A stretch of 64,000 nt of DNA, taken from positions 1 to 64,000 of the IMG/VR virus record IMGVR_UViG_3300037455_000462; one strand, given 5' to 3'. The stretch comes from a virus. Its lineage: Duplodnaviria > Caudoviricetes. Numbering within the stretch: position 1 is the first letter of the stretch; each line of letters starts with the position of its first letter. Below are positions 28,575-37,906 of the stretch, piece after piece. The notes under the pieces were generated by a model. The model made no database searches. It was not told the DNA's origin and worked only from the letters and a program-made list of their open reading frames with translations. A program made the translations under genes and the position numbers.

Positions 28575-30416
28575 TTATCTTATCAATGCCATTATCTTGT
28601 CTATCTGACCGTTCAGTTTGTTTTGGACTTTTTTGCCTTCCTCGTTCCTTTCGGAATACTTGCCTTTAGGCTTTGAAGTTCCGCTGCCCGTTTCGTTGGG
28701 GTCTTTGACACCGCCCTTGACGTGCATAGGGATATTCTTCCTGCCGTCAGCAATCTGCTTGTAGTAGTTTTCCAATTCCGCGCTGTTTGGGTTGTCCTTA
28801 TCGACATTGCCGAGATACGGAGTATGGAAGTAACGACCCCTGCCCGCGTTAAACATAGATTCGATGTCGCCCGCGTCACGAGGCTTGCCGTGCTTGACTT
28901 GGCAGGTGAACGCGACATTGACGGGGAAGTCGTCATAGCCGAGACCCTCGCCCATCTGCATCTCTATCTTGTCGCAGACCATATTGCCCATCATAGCGAT
29001 AGGGTTGAGCGGATTGCCGATTGTGACGTGCCACATACCCGTAGGCTCACCCGAAAGCAATGCGTTTGCAGGCTGCGTGACACCGAGTTTGCCGAGTTTG
29101 CCGTTGATAAGACCGCCGATGATATTCTGCAAGCCGCCCTTGATGACGCTCTTCGCCAAATTAGCCCATTCCTCAAGACTCTTCGGGAACTCGCCCCCGT
29201 TCCAACTCTCAATCTGACCCATCACGTGGTCAACGAGGCTCTTGCCGTATGCGGCGTAGTCGCCACGGGCGAAAGCGGCGAGGTCGCCAGGCTGCTTGCC
29301 ATAGCCGCCGCCGTTACCGTAGTAACGTGTAGCACCGCCCCACCAAGTACCCGTGTTAGTACCCATAAGAATCATATTGCCGATAATGTCGAGCATAGCG
29401 ATTTTCGGGTTCACGTATTGAAGCGATTTCAGTTCATATTCAAATTTCAGATTGAATGTCTGCTCGAAGTTAAGTCCGAGGTCACGGATATTGGTTTTCA
29501 TCACCGTATCTACTGGACCCTGCGTGTACTTCGAGTATTTGTCCCAAGGGTTGATGCTCGCAGCCTGCGCAGCGATACTCATCTGCTGCGGGGAATAATT
29601 GTGACCCGACAGCATACTGAAGAATGTCGCGCCCATACCGCGTTCAACAAGTCCGCCGTCCTGCGATTGGTTGTGCAGGAACGCGCCTATGCCGAAACTT
29701 GACGCGCCAGGAGTTCCGCTCGTTATGGTCTGAATCTCCGAGGTCTGCTCTTTCCAATTCGTACCCCAAGAGAATTTGAGAATGTCCTCCATCTTGTTTC
29801 CCGCGAACTCCGACATATATGTCGTTGCCGTTGCTATGGGAAGCATAGCGGAACGCACGTCCATATCAGCGTGTACCTCTTCGGGATATGCGAGAACAAA
29901 CGGAATGTCCGTGCAGGGCATACCGTAACGCCTCAACGTAATCAGATAGTTTGGCGGGATATGCTTGTAATACTTGTTGTAAATGAAGTCTTGTATTTTG
30001 TATTTGCCCGCCTTTATGTTCTCAAATGCGTCAATGATGTTCTTGTAAGTAGGCTCTGCGTTAGACCACATAAGACCCGCACGGGCAAGTGCCGTGTCAA
30101 AATTCTTTTTGATGACATTCTCGTCACCGACACGCATAACGCCGAGCATACCCATATAGTCCATAAGCATATGTCGTGCGAAAATGCTGAACGGGGCATA
30201 AAGTCTGTCAGTCCTTATGTCGTAGAAGTCCTTTGATACCTCTTTTCCCTGCTCCTCCTTCGTATCCATAGTGGTATAGGTTTCGCCGACAACTGTGCCG
30301 CCGTCCGCGCCCTTTGACACTTTCCAAGTCCAAGTGGGCGCAGATGTACCCGAAACCTCCCACACTTCTGAATAGGGGTTGAACATATCCGCGTATGCTT
30401 TGTCAATGGTACTCAT
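28575..30416 (-). CDS. Probable baseplate/tail-tube-initiator-type structural protein
   Basis: 613 aa Gly-rich ORF in late operon with the gp4-like gene; tube-fold-like segments FNLKFEYELKS and FPVNVAFTCQV. Confidence 0.4.
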   Translation of the reverse strand: MSTIDKAYADMFNPYSEVWEVSGTSAPTWTWKVSKGADGGTVVGETYTTMDTKEEQGKEVSKDFYDIRTDRLYAPFSIFARHMLMDYMGMLGVMRVGDENVIKKNFDTALARAGLMWSNAEPTYKNIIDAFENIKAGKYKIQDFIYNKYYKHIPPNYLITLRRYGMPCTDIPFVLAYPEEVHADMDVRSAMLPIATATTYMSEFAGNKMEDILKFSWGTNWKEQTSEIQTITSGTPGASSFGIGAFLHNQSQDGGLVERGMGATFFSMLSGHNYSPQQMSIAAQAASINPWDKYSKYTQGPVDTVMKTNIRDLGLNFEQTFNLKFEYELKSLQYVNPKIAMLDIIGNMILMGTNTGTWWGGATRYYGNGGGYGKQPGDLAAFARGDYAAYGKSLVDHVMGQIESWNGGEFPKSLEEWANLAKSVIKGGLQNIIGGLINGKLGKLGVTQPANALLSGEPTGMWHVTIGNPLNPIAMMGNMVCDKIEMQMGEGLGYDDFPVNVAFTCQVKHGKPRDAGDIESMFNAGRGRYFHTPYLGNVDKDNPNSAELENYYKQIADGRKNIPMHVKGGVKDPNETGSGTSKPKGKYSERNEEGKKVQNKLNGQIDKIMALIR

Positions 30417-30430
30417 TCTCTGTCAATATT

Positions 30431-30916
30431 CTAAAAAGCCAATTTGGAATCCTCGGTTATGAACTTGTATTCGATACCGTGCAAATCACAGTAGTTCCTG
30501 CAAGCCTTCGCCTTCTCCATATTCCTTATATAAGTTTCAGCCTCGCGCTTGTATCTCGCGACAGTCTTTTCGGTTTCGCGCCTCGGTTTCTTCGGAGCGG
30601 TCAAATCCTTCTTCGGCTTCACCTCCGCGATAATCTTGCGAACACCGTCCTTTGTCTTGTATTCAAAATAGAAGTCGGGAAAATACTCGTGATACTTCTC
30701 GTCAATGATGCTGAAATACCTAACTCTGATACACTCGCTCCCCCATTTGACAACGGTGGCGCACTCGTCAAGGAACTTGCACACCTTGTATTCCCAACTT
30801 GAACGGAATATTATCGGCAGATTGCCGCAATACTTCGCGGGAAACAATGGTGTGTAATAACCTTGCTGATAATGTGTGTTCTTGCCTCGTTTGGGCTGTA
30901 GCGATTTAATATCCAT
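30431..30916 (-). CDS. Head completion nuclease (T4 gp4-like, TnsA-type)
   Basis: KYCGN..IIFRSSWE, WGSE, YFPDF, EVKP, FITE. Confidence 0.85.
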   Translation of the reverse strand: MDIKSLQPKRGKNTHYQQGYYTPLFPAKYCGNLPIIFRSSWEYKVCKFLDECATVVKWGSECIRVRYFSIIDEKYHEYFPDFYFEYKTKDGVRKIIAEVKPKKDLTAPKKPRRETEKTVARYKREAETYIRNMEKAKACRNYCDLHGIEYKFITEDSKLAF

Positions 30917-30947
30917 AAGTTGTAATTTCCCATATATTTATAAAAAG

Positions 30948-30975
30948 AAAACGCGGGCATAATGCGCCCGCGTTT
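30948..30975 (-). terminator. Terminator
   Basis: AAACGCGGGC / GCCCGCGTTT. Confidence 0.7.
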
Positions 30976-30995
30976 ATATTTCATAAGTAAACCGT

Positions 30996-31379
30996 TTATG
31001 ACTTCCAACCACGATAGCGATTCGAGGTTATGAAACTACCCGAAACGTCAATAATAATATTTTTCGAATCGGTTTGTATTTCTATAATACCTTTTCCACT
31101 TCTTTCAAATGTATATGTTCCACCGTTTGCCGATACGTTTTGATTGTTTAATTTCCACCAATATCCCAACAATTTTTTTGCATCAGAAATATCCAAGCCC
31201 ATAAGGTCGTTTTTCATTTCATTAAAATCAGCAACCAAGTCTGTTCTTTCGGGTTCTTCTTCCTCAACTTCTTTAGGTGTTTCTTTTTTTGTACCTATGG
31301 ACTGCAATCTTTCTTTTGACATAGGTTGTATGTTCAATTTTTCATTCACATACTCATCAATGCTCAAAATATTTGTCAT
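30996..31379 (-). CDS. Leader-bearing hypothetical protein
   Basis: MTNILSIDEYVNE-KLNIQPMSKERL; own late promoter and terminator. Confidence 0.75.
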   Translation of the reverse strand: MTNILSIDEYVNEKLNIQPMSKERLQSIGTKKETPKEVEEEEPERTDLVADFNEMKNDLMGLDISDAKKLLGYWWKLNNQNVSANGGTYTFERSGKGIIEIQTDSKNIIIDVSGSFITSNRYRGWKS

Positions 31380-31469
31380 AATCCAATTTATGTTTCAATA
31401 TTTATAAAAAGAAAAAGACCCGATGATTCGGGTCTCGGAAAGTGTATAATCCAAAAACAGTATGTTCAA

Positions 31470-32033
31470 TTAGGCGTTGACCTTTGAAAGGTAGTCGTCC
31501 ATAACGGCTTTAATTGCCTTTTCCTTGATTTCGTCATAAATGTTCGAGTATTGGTCGATGCCGAGTTTGTCATCAAATTCACTGATGAGTTCGTCTGTGA
31601 CTTGTTCCGTCCAACTTTCAGAGAACACCTCGTTCAGTTCCTCCGCGCTCACTTCATAGTCTTCCGTGAGTTCAACCAAATCCACGGTGTTGCGGACGTA
31701 CTTGACATCGATGTCGTAATCGTCAATCGTCATATCGCTGTAATGAAGCACAACGAGGGATTCGATTGTCGCGCTGTCGGAAAGTTCGCCTTCATCGTCA
31801 GAAAGTTCAAAATAGTATTTGAGTTCAATTTCAAGATGCGTGTTCTTGTTTTTGTCCAACGCCTTGAAGTCCTCAATCGAACCCTTGCCCTCTCTGTCGA
31901 AATAATACCAACTCTCGCCGTCCCAAGAGCATCTCACCGTAATCATATCCAAATCGAGTTTGTCTGTGATTGTCTTGGTTATGCCCATATAAGCCTCTTT
32001 GATATATTGTTCGCTGTTCAATACTTTTGTCAT
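31470..32033 (-). CDS. Acidic hypothetical protein with capsid-targeting-like leader
   Basis: MTKVLNSEQYIKE; late promoter at 32050; hairpin at 31412-31435. Confidence 0.7.
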   Translation of the reverse strand: MTKVLNSEQYIKEAYMGITKTITDKLDLDMITVRCSWDGESWYYFDREGKGSIEDFKALDKNKNTHLEIELKYYFELSDDEGELSDSATIESLVVLHYSDMTIDDYDIDVKYVRNTVDLVELTEDYEVSAEELNEVFSESWTEQVTDELISEFDDKLGIDQYSNIYDEIKEKAIKAVMDDYLSKVNA

Positions 32034-32060
32034 AGTCGCTTGTTTTCTATATTTATAACA

Positions 32061-32462
32061 CTAATTGTCGCAATATCCTTCGACATCCTCGCCAAGCCAA
32101 ACATACAATGTTTCTTGACGATATATTTTTACACTTGCATATCCGTCACTTCCGATTTTGGCGCGTTTTATGTCGTCTTCATAAACAACATCGGAATCTG
32201 GTTTCACCGAATATGTAGCAAAATTTTTTGCTCCCTTTGTCAACTTATCCCCAATACGAACCAACCAAAGCCAACTCTTCGTCCTTTTTTCGATTTTATA
32301 AAAATATACAATACCTCTATATGTACAATACACAATATCCCCAACGTGATAGAGTTTTCTTGCAACATTGGTTTTGTCAAGCCGTTCCTTGCTGATAGGT
32401 TGTATATCGAGTTTCTCGGACAACGCCGTGACAAACTCATCAAACTTCATTATATTATTCAT
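32061..32462 (-). CDS. Leader-bearing hypothetical protein (SH3-like)
   Basis: MNNIMKFDEFVTALSE-KLDIQPISKERL; YHVGDIVY. Confidence 0.75.
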   Translation of the reverse strand: MNNIMKFDEFVTALSEKLDIQPISKERLDKTNVARKLYHVGDIVYCTYRGIVYFYKIEKRTKSWLWLVRIGDKLTKGAKNFATYSVKPDSDVVYEDDIKRAKIGSDGYASVKIYRQETLYVWLGEDVEGYCDN

Positions 32463-32471
32463 AATCTGATA

Positions 32472-33002
32472 TTATTCTACTTTATCAAATATTTCATTGA
32501 GTCGTTTTTCAATATAAGAAAAATCACCCCTAAAATTAGCACGGAATGGAAAGAGTCCAAATGTTGTTGACATCGGTATCAAATAACGGATACTGTCTTC
32601 CACCCTGCAAGCAAACACATCACAGTTACCATACCCATACACCTTTGCTCTGTTATAAAAATCATCCCAATCATAAAATATTGACTTTGAAAAATCCATA
32701 ACCCAATCATCCGTGACTATTTGACCGTTAATTTTGGGAAACCTACCATTACTTTTCGGTTGTGACGCAAGTGGATAAAACCAAGCACCTTTTTTTATTT
32801 GTGTGACAAGTTTCGGCAATTTACTCATTTTTATAGGACGAATGTTTAATTTTTCTTCAATACCTCCTTCACTTCCATAATAGAAAAACGGTTTATATGT
32901 GTCATTAAAGTCAATTTCATACGGATGATTGGCATTCATATAACTTCTAACCCCAAATTGCTTAACTTTAGCCATTTCATCAATTCTCATTATATGTATC
33001 AT
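32472..33002 (-). CDS. Hypothetical protein with MIHIMRIDE leader and internal EKLNIRPI motif
   Basis: Late promoter at 33022. Confidence 0.7.
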   Translation of the reverse strand: MIHIMRIDEMAKVKQFGVRSYMNANHPYEIDFNDTYKPFFYYGSEGGIEEKLNIRPIKMSKLPKLVTQIKKGAWFYPLASQPKSNGRFPKINGQIVTDDWVMDFSKSIFYDWDDFYNRAKVYGYGNCDVFACRVEDSIRYLIPMSTTFGLFPFRANFRGDFSYIEKRLNEIFDKVE

Positions 33003-33024
33003 AATTCAAATTATGTTTCAATAT

Positions 33025-34035
33025 TTATACAGACCGACCCACTCTCTCGAACTTCACAATCAAATCCAATATGTCAACATTCTTTATGTATTCGAATGTG
33101 AACGGCTGTATCTGCCGTTTCTCGTGTCTGTATATAGCCTGCACGGTAAGCGAATTTTGGTTTGACGATTTCGGCATCATCATACGGTCGTCCTCAAACT
33201 CGCCAAGCATAACACTATCTAAAAATTCACTATTAGCGTGTAGTTTGCGGCAAGTCAAAAGAACACCCTCGCTTTTGCCCTTTTGCTGTTTGGCTGCAAG
33301 GTATATCGAATGCGGAAGCGTGCTTGCATAGTCATATTTCTCAATATCGTCAATCGTCACATACACGTATATGGTCATCCTTGTGTCAAGCGAACCCGTT
33401 GTAATCACAACATCACCGCTTCTCAACTTTTTCTTCCAACCTTCCTTCTCTTCTATTCTAACCCACGGGTGTATGTCGCCGAGGCGTTCCTTGGATATGG
33501 GCTGTATGTTCAGTTTCTCATTGGTCGCCGATTTGCGTTCCCACACAACATAGGCGTTCTTTGTCGAAAATTCCTTCGCAAACACATTGACATAAAACTT
33601 GTTCCTTATCCAATATCCTTTGAGTGTCGGATAACGGTAAACTCTCATAATACTGCCGACTTTACCGTGAAGCCAATTCAAGTATTCATCATAATCCATA
33701 AGTCTCGTGGTGTTGTTTATGTCATACCCAAAGCCTGGTGTAATCATCACAAAACACCCCTTGTGCAAAAAATCCTTTGAAACGAGATACTCGGAGTCGG
33801 ATTTCGGAAAAAAGCCGTAATCGTCATAAGAAACATAAACCAAATAATTGAGTTCTTTGACATCGTTGTTCCCCGTGCCGAATGACACAACATCCCCCGT
33901 CTTGAAATTCTCACGCATCTCGCTCGCGGACTTGTATCTGACAAGGACACTACCAAGGCGTTCCTTGGTTATCGGCTGTATATTGAGTTTTTCCGTAACT
34001 TCGGAAAAACCGTCAACGCTTAACACTTTTGTCAT
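33025..34035 (-). CDS. Two-repeat protein, each repeat starting with EKLNIQPIxKERL
   Basis: Paralogous halves (GDVV..YVxxDD..G..YR..ER). Confidence 0.75.
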   Translation of the reverse strand: MTKVLSVDGFSEVTEKLNIQPITKERLGSVLVRYKSASEMRENFKTGDVVSFGTGNNDVKELNYLVYVSYDDYGFFPKSDSEYLVSKDFLHKGCFVMITPGFGYDINNTTRLMDYDEYLNWLHGKVGSIMRVYRYPTLKGYWIRNKFYVNVFAKEFSTKNAYVVWERKSATNEKLNIQPISKERLGDIHPWVRIEEKEGWKKKLRSGDVVITTGSLDTRMTIYVYVTIDDIEKYDYASTLPHSIYLAAKQQKGKSEGVLLTCRKLHANSEFLDSVMLGEFEDDRMMMPKSSNQNSLTVQAIYRHEKRQIQPFTFEYIKNVDILDLIVKFERVGRSV

Positions 34036-35729
34036 ATTTCATCTTGATTTTTCAAATCTGTATTCCATTTGTATTCAATGGTAACGTTGCCGAATCTATA
34101 TGTCGTGTTCTTGAATGTATGACCCGCGTCCTCGAATTTCTGCTCGTACTCACCGACAGCAAAGTCAACTTCCTTGATTATGAACGGGCGTTCCTTGTAT
34201 GACACGTGCCAATCGTCAGTGGTCGGTATTTTGTAGTCAACGCCGTTATACGTGAAATGCGTGAAACTCGCGTGCTTCTCGTCATACAGCATATTAATCA
34301 AATCACCGATATTGACATCGATTTCTATCGAGTTGGCATACCATCTCGGAAGCATACGCTTCATAAAAGACACGGGTTTCTCCACATAGTTCAAGTCACG
34401 TTTAAGCACCTTTTCGTTTATGGTGTAGCGACTGCCGCAATACAGCCTATCGCCCAAATCATAACTGTCGCCGAACAATGCGTACTCAAACATAGGCTTC
34501 TTTTCAATGACATAGAAGCATTTGCCGTTGTATGTGTACCAAGTGCCTTCAATGCCTTTGTTCTTGTCGTTTCTGACTTTTGTCATCATATTGCCCGCTT
34601 CCTTGAACGGCGCGTTCCAATTCTCTTCGAATTCCTCTTCGGGAATATCAACCAAATGGGAAACGCACTCGTTGCCAACGTGGAACGTCTCGCCTTTCGG
34701 GTTTTTTATCACCATAACATTGACAATCGGGTCTTTGCCGCAATGCTCGCAAACTTCGCCTGCATAGGTTCGATAGCACTTGACGAGTTCATAGTGGTCT
34801 TTCGGTAAATTCCTTTCTGTATAGACAGCCTTTCTTCTCGGAGATTCGTCCAAGTTGGTCATACCCGTTGTGTCTGGATGCTCGTCACGCCTAACAGCGT
34901 CCTCAAGCGACAACTTGGCGTTGAGTGAGAACGCATACCTTACATTCGCCACGGAATTCAAACCGCCACGCATTGTTTTCCGCATAACGGGTTTGCCTTT
35001 AAAATAGACTGTCATTTCCGCACCGTTCTTTTGTATGGCATCGCGTATTCTCTTTTCCTCCGCATCCCTTTCTGCGGCGACACGCTTTTCGTTTTCACGC
35101 TCTTCCATCTTCTCATAGACGGTATCTTCCAACCCCTTCAGTTCCGTGTTTTTTTCCGCATACAATCTGTCAAACCCCCAAGTCTTAACATAATGTTCGA
35201 CAACTTTCAATATGGACTTCAGTTCTTTCGATGGATTATATGAACTGAAATTGTTGTCAGCAAGATAATAATGGTTGAACTCGCCGTCAATCTTGGTAGC
35301 CTTTCCGTTGGCAACCGCATAGACCACGAGAACGCCGTATTTCGGGTCTGTGACCGTATTGGTCTCTTTGTCAAGTCTTGATTCATTGCCGCCGCGACTT
35401 TCGCTGCACATAGGATAAAAGACGAAACTGTGCGTATCATCAAGAGCGAACACGAATTTGTCGCCTTTGGGTGTTTCAACAAACTCATTCTTTATTCCGT
35501 AGAACTTGAATACATCGAACTCGCTCTTGTATGTCTTTTCATATTCATACTCGAAACTGAATCCGTGTTTTTCCTTTGCGTATGCTAAACGGCTTTCGTC
35601 ATACCCCGTTATGGTCGAGGCGAGGTATTTGAAGAATCTATCCAACGAATACCATCGGAACGTTTTGAGTTTGCAGTACACATTCTCGTTTATGAACTCC
35701 GAGGAGTCAAGCACATATTTCTTTTCCAT
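34032..35729 (-). CDS. Hypothetical protein with Zn-finger and capsid-targeting-like leader
   Basis: MEKKYVLDSSEFINE; CEHCGK..HVGNECV. Confidence 0.65.
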   Translation of the reverse strand: MEKKYVLDSSEFINENVYCKLKTFRWYSLDRFFKYLASTITGYDESRLAYAKEKHGFSFEYEYEKTYKSEFDVFKFYGIKNEFVETPKGDKFVFALDDTHSFVFYPMCSESRGGNESRLDKETNTVTDPKYGVLVVYAVANGKATKIDGEFNHYYLADNNFSSYNPSKELKSILKVVEHYVKTWGFDRLYAEKNTELKGLEDTVYEKMEERENEKRVAAERDAEEKRIRDAIQKNGAEMTVYFKGKPVMRKTMRGGLNSVANVRYAFSLNAKLSLEDAVRRDEHPDTTGMTNLDESPRRKAVYTERNLPKDHYELVKCYRTYAGEVCEHCGKDPIVNVMVIKNPKGETFHVGNECVSHLVDIPEEEFEENWNAPFKEAGNMMTKVRNDKNKGIEGTWYTYNGKCFYVIEKKPMFEYALFGDSYDLGDRLYCGSRYTINEKVLKRDLNYVEKPVSFMKRMLPRWYANSIEIDVNIGDLINMLYDEKHASFTHFTYNGVDYKIPTTDDWHVSYKERPFIIKEVDFAVGEYEQKFEDAGHTFKNTTYRFGNVTIEYKWNTDLKNQDEI

Positions 35730-35730
35730 A

Positions 35731-36687
35731 TTATCTCTTGTCTTTGTTCTGCGGTTCGTCATATCCCGCTTTTTTTATTGTATAATCCAAATCTTTGTCA
35801 CGATTGGATTCGATGTATGTTTTCGGAAATTCCCTTTCGGTTATCAGATTCTTGTCAATCTCGCCGCCCTTTATCTTTTCGGCGAGTTCGGGTATGCTTC
35901 TGTCGTCATAGTGGTCGTCCCCAAGGTGGAACTTCGTCAGCAATCCGCCTGGGTATATGCCCGCGTTGCCGTATTCGTCTGAACGGAATGTCATAACAGT
36001 ACCGTCCTTGCCTTTAGTCATCTCGCTGATTTCGTCAAGCAATATGCCGTTCTCGAACACGGGGTAGAAACTCTTGACATCTATGCCGAATGACACCTTG
36101 TATTCCTTTTGGCTATCCATTCCAAACTCAACGGGTCTTTGTTGTGAATAATCCTGCGGCAGGGTATAGGATGACTGAACGTTCATCATACCCAAGTCAA
36201 CGAAAAATGTCGTGACTGAATACATCTTGCTCATTATGCTCTCCGTCACTTTCAACATTTCAATCTGTGACGAACAAACCATATCGCAGGAGAATGTCAT
36301 ATTGATTGGCAGGAAACAGCAACGCAGGTAGAATGTCTTTAGGTATCCGTCAACCTCGTGGACAAATTTAGCCTGCGTGAACTTGTTGACTTGACTCCCA
36401 GAATCAACGGTGATGTTATCCATATTCAGCATACCACGGGGAACTCGCTCGTAGTCGCCTATAGCCTTGCCGTTGTCTATGGCATCGTATTGGAACTCGT
36501 CTTTAAGAAAACGCTCGCTGCCCGTGACAGAGAAGAAAAACGGTATGTCAACCTTCTCCACAGTACCGTCAGCCAAGTGCTGATATATATAGAGTTTCTT
36601 CCGCAGTTCAGACAAAAGGGCGACAATAATGTATCTGATGACACTATTGTCGTAATTCTCCGTCTGATTATAAACATTCATTGCCAT
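35731..36687 (-). CDS. Tail terminator/sheath stabiliser (gp15-like)
   Basis: VIRYIIVALL..VDIPFFF..ERFL..VPRG..PINMTFS..EMLKVTESI pattern. Confidence 0.55.
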   Translation of the reverse strand: MAMNVYNQTENYDNSVIRYIIVALLSELRKKLYIYQHLADGTVEKVDIPFFFSVTGSERFLKDEFQYDAIDNGKAIGDYERVPRGMLNMDNITVDSGSQVNKFTQAKFVHEVDGYLKTFYLRCCFLPINMTFSCDMVCSSQIEMLKVTESIMSKMYSVTTFFVDLGMMNVQSSYTLPQDYSQQRPVEFGMDSQKEYKVSFGIDVKSFYPVFENGILLDEISEMTKGKDGTVMTFRSDEYGNAGIYPGGLLTKFHLGDDHYDDRSIPELAEKIKGGEIDKNLITEREFPKTYIESNRDKDLDYTIKKAGYDEPQNKDKR

Positions 36688-36695
36688 AATAAGTT

Positions 36696-37259
36696 TTATA
36701 TGTTGTTCGGTTTTCTCGGATGTTTATCACGCTTGTTCAGCAAAGGCGAATATCCGAACATACCCCTTGTGTTGGTCGCATTCAGCAATTCCCATTTCGA
36801 CAAATCACCGTCAAAGCGGGAATATTCAAACATACGGGTTGCCCGCCGCACATTGCGCACATCCCAATCGGAAATGTCCCCGTTGAAATCGCTTCCAGCA
36901 AACATAACACACATATCTTCCACCTTACCCACATTCCATTTTGAAATATCCCCGTTGAATTTTGAATTTCGGAACATAGCGAACATATTTGTGACATTAG
37001 ATACATCCCACATCGAAATATCGCCGTTAAACTTGGAGTTGAAAAACACGCCGTTCATATCGGTTATCGCCGAAACGTCAATCACATTAAGATTGCACTC
37101 ATACCCCTGCTCGTCAATCAAACGGTCTATCGTGTAAATCAACTCTTCCCTTGTTTTGGAAAAATACAGACGGGTGAACATTTTATCCAACCGTTCTTTT
37201 GAAATGGGCGATATGTCAAGCCGCTCCCTTATATATCTTTCTGTTCCGAGAATCTCCAT
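36696..37259 (-). CDS. BspA/DUF285 repeat protein with shared leader
   Basis: FNGDISxWDVSNVTNMxxMF repeats; MEILGTERYIRE-RLDISPISKERL. Confidence 0.85.
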   Translation of the reverse strand: MEILGTERYIRERLDISPISKERLDKMFTRLYFSKTREELIYTIDRLIDEQGYECNLNVIDVSAITDMNGVFFNSKFNGDISMWDVSNVTNMFAMFRNSKFNGDISKWNVGKVEDMCVMFAGSDFNGDISDWDVRNVRRATRMFEYSRFDGDLSKWELLNATNTRGMFGYSPLLNKRDKHPRKPNNI

Positions 37260-37813
37260 TACTGTTGTGCATTATATTTCTGCTCGATATCCGCAATGTA
37301 ATCTTCGAGATATTTGAGGTGTTCCTCCTCGTCAGCGAGAATATGCACAGCCATATCGTAAGTTGTCGTATCCTTTCCCCTCGTGAAGTCAAGTAGTTTC
37401 TGATAGCCGTCAATGGCACATTTCTCGTGGGCTATGTTCATAACAACAAGAGACCTTGTGTCGTATGGCTTCTGCGGAATTTGATAAGCGCATTCGCTCA
37501 ACGAAGCCAAGTTGCGGATGTCTTTGAGTTTTTCGGCATCGCCGCCGAGTTCCGAAATGCGCTTGATAATCTTCGCCGCGTGGTCGTTGAGTTCGTCATC
37601 AGCCATTTCAGCAAATGTTTTTTCGATACTCGGTCTTTCATCGCCAACCAAGAACGGAACAATGACGTTATAGTGATACCATTGCAGGATTTCCTCGGCA
37701 TAACGCTTTTCGAGCATCTCCACCAAAGCAACTCTGTCAATGCGTTCCTCAACGCTCTCATTCACCTTGTTTTTGAAATAATCCTTGTTTGTGTATTGAC
37801 TCAAATTTTTCAT
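37259..37813 (-). CDS. Ferritin-like (DPS-like/bacterioferritin) protein
   Basis: AEE..WY.Y, DELNDHA..RISELGG, EKCAIDGY, ILADEEEH; ATG 37813 behind late promoter. Confidence 0.8.
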   Translation of the reverse strand: MKNLSQYTNKDYFKNKVNESVEERIDRVALVEMLEKRYAEEILQWYHYNVIVPFLVGDERPSIEKTFAEMADDELNDHAAKIIKRISELGGDAEKLKDIRNLASLSECAYQIPQKPYDTRSLVVMNIAHEKCAIDGYQKLLDFTRGKDTTTYDMAVHILADEEEHLKYLEDYIADIEQKYNAQQ

Positions 37814-37878
37814 AATAACTATTGTTTGTATATTTATAACTATTATGAATCTGACTGCCGTCAAACACCATAGCCAAT

Positions 37879-37905
37879 AAAAAACCCCGCATTTGCGGGG
37901 TTTTT
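37879..37905 (-). terminator. Terminator
   Basis: AAAAACCCCGC / GCGGGGTTTTT. Confidence 0.8.
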
Positions 37906-37906
37906 G

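Noticed and set aside
30431-30916. Tn7 TnsA transposase
   Set aside because: Motifs and structural-gene context fit the T4 gp4 head completion protein; no tnsB or tnsC.
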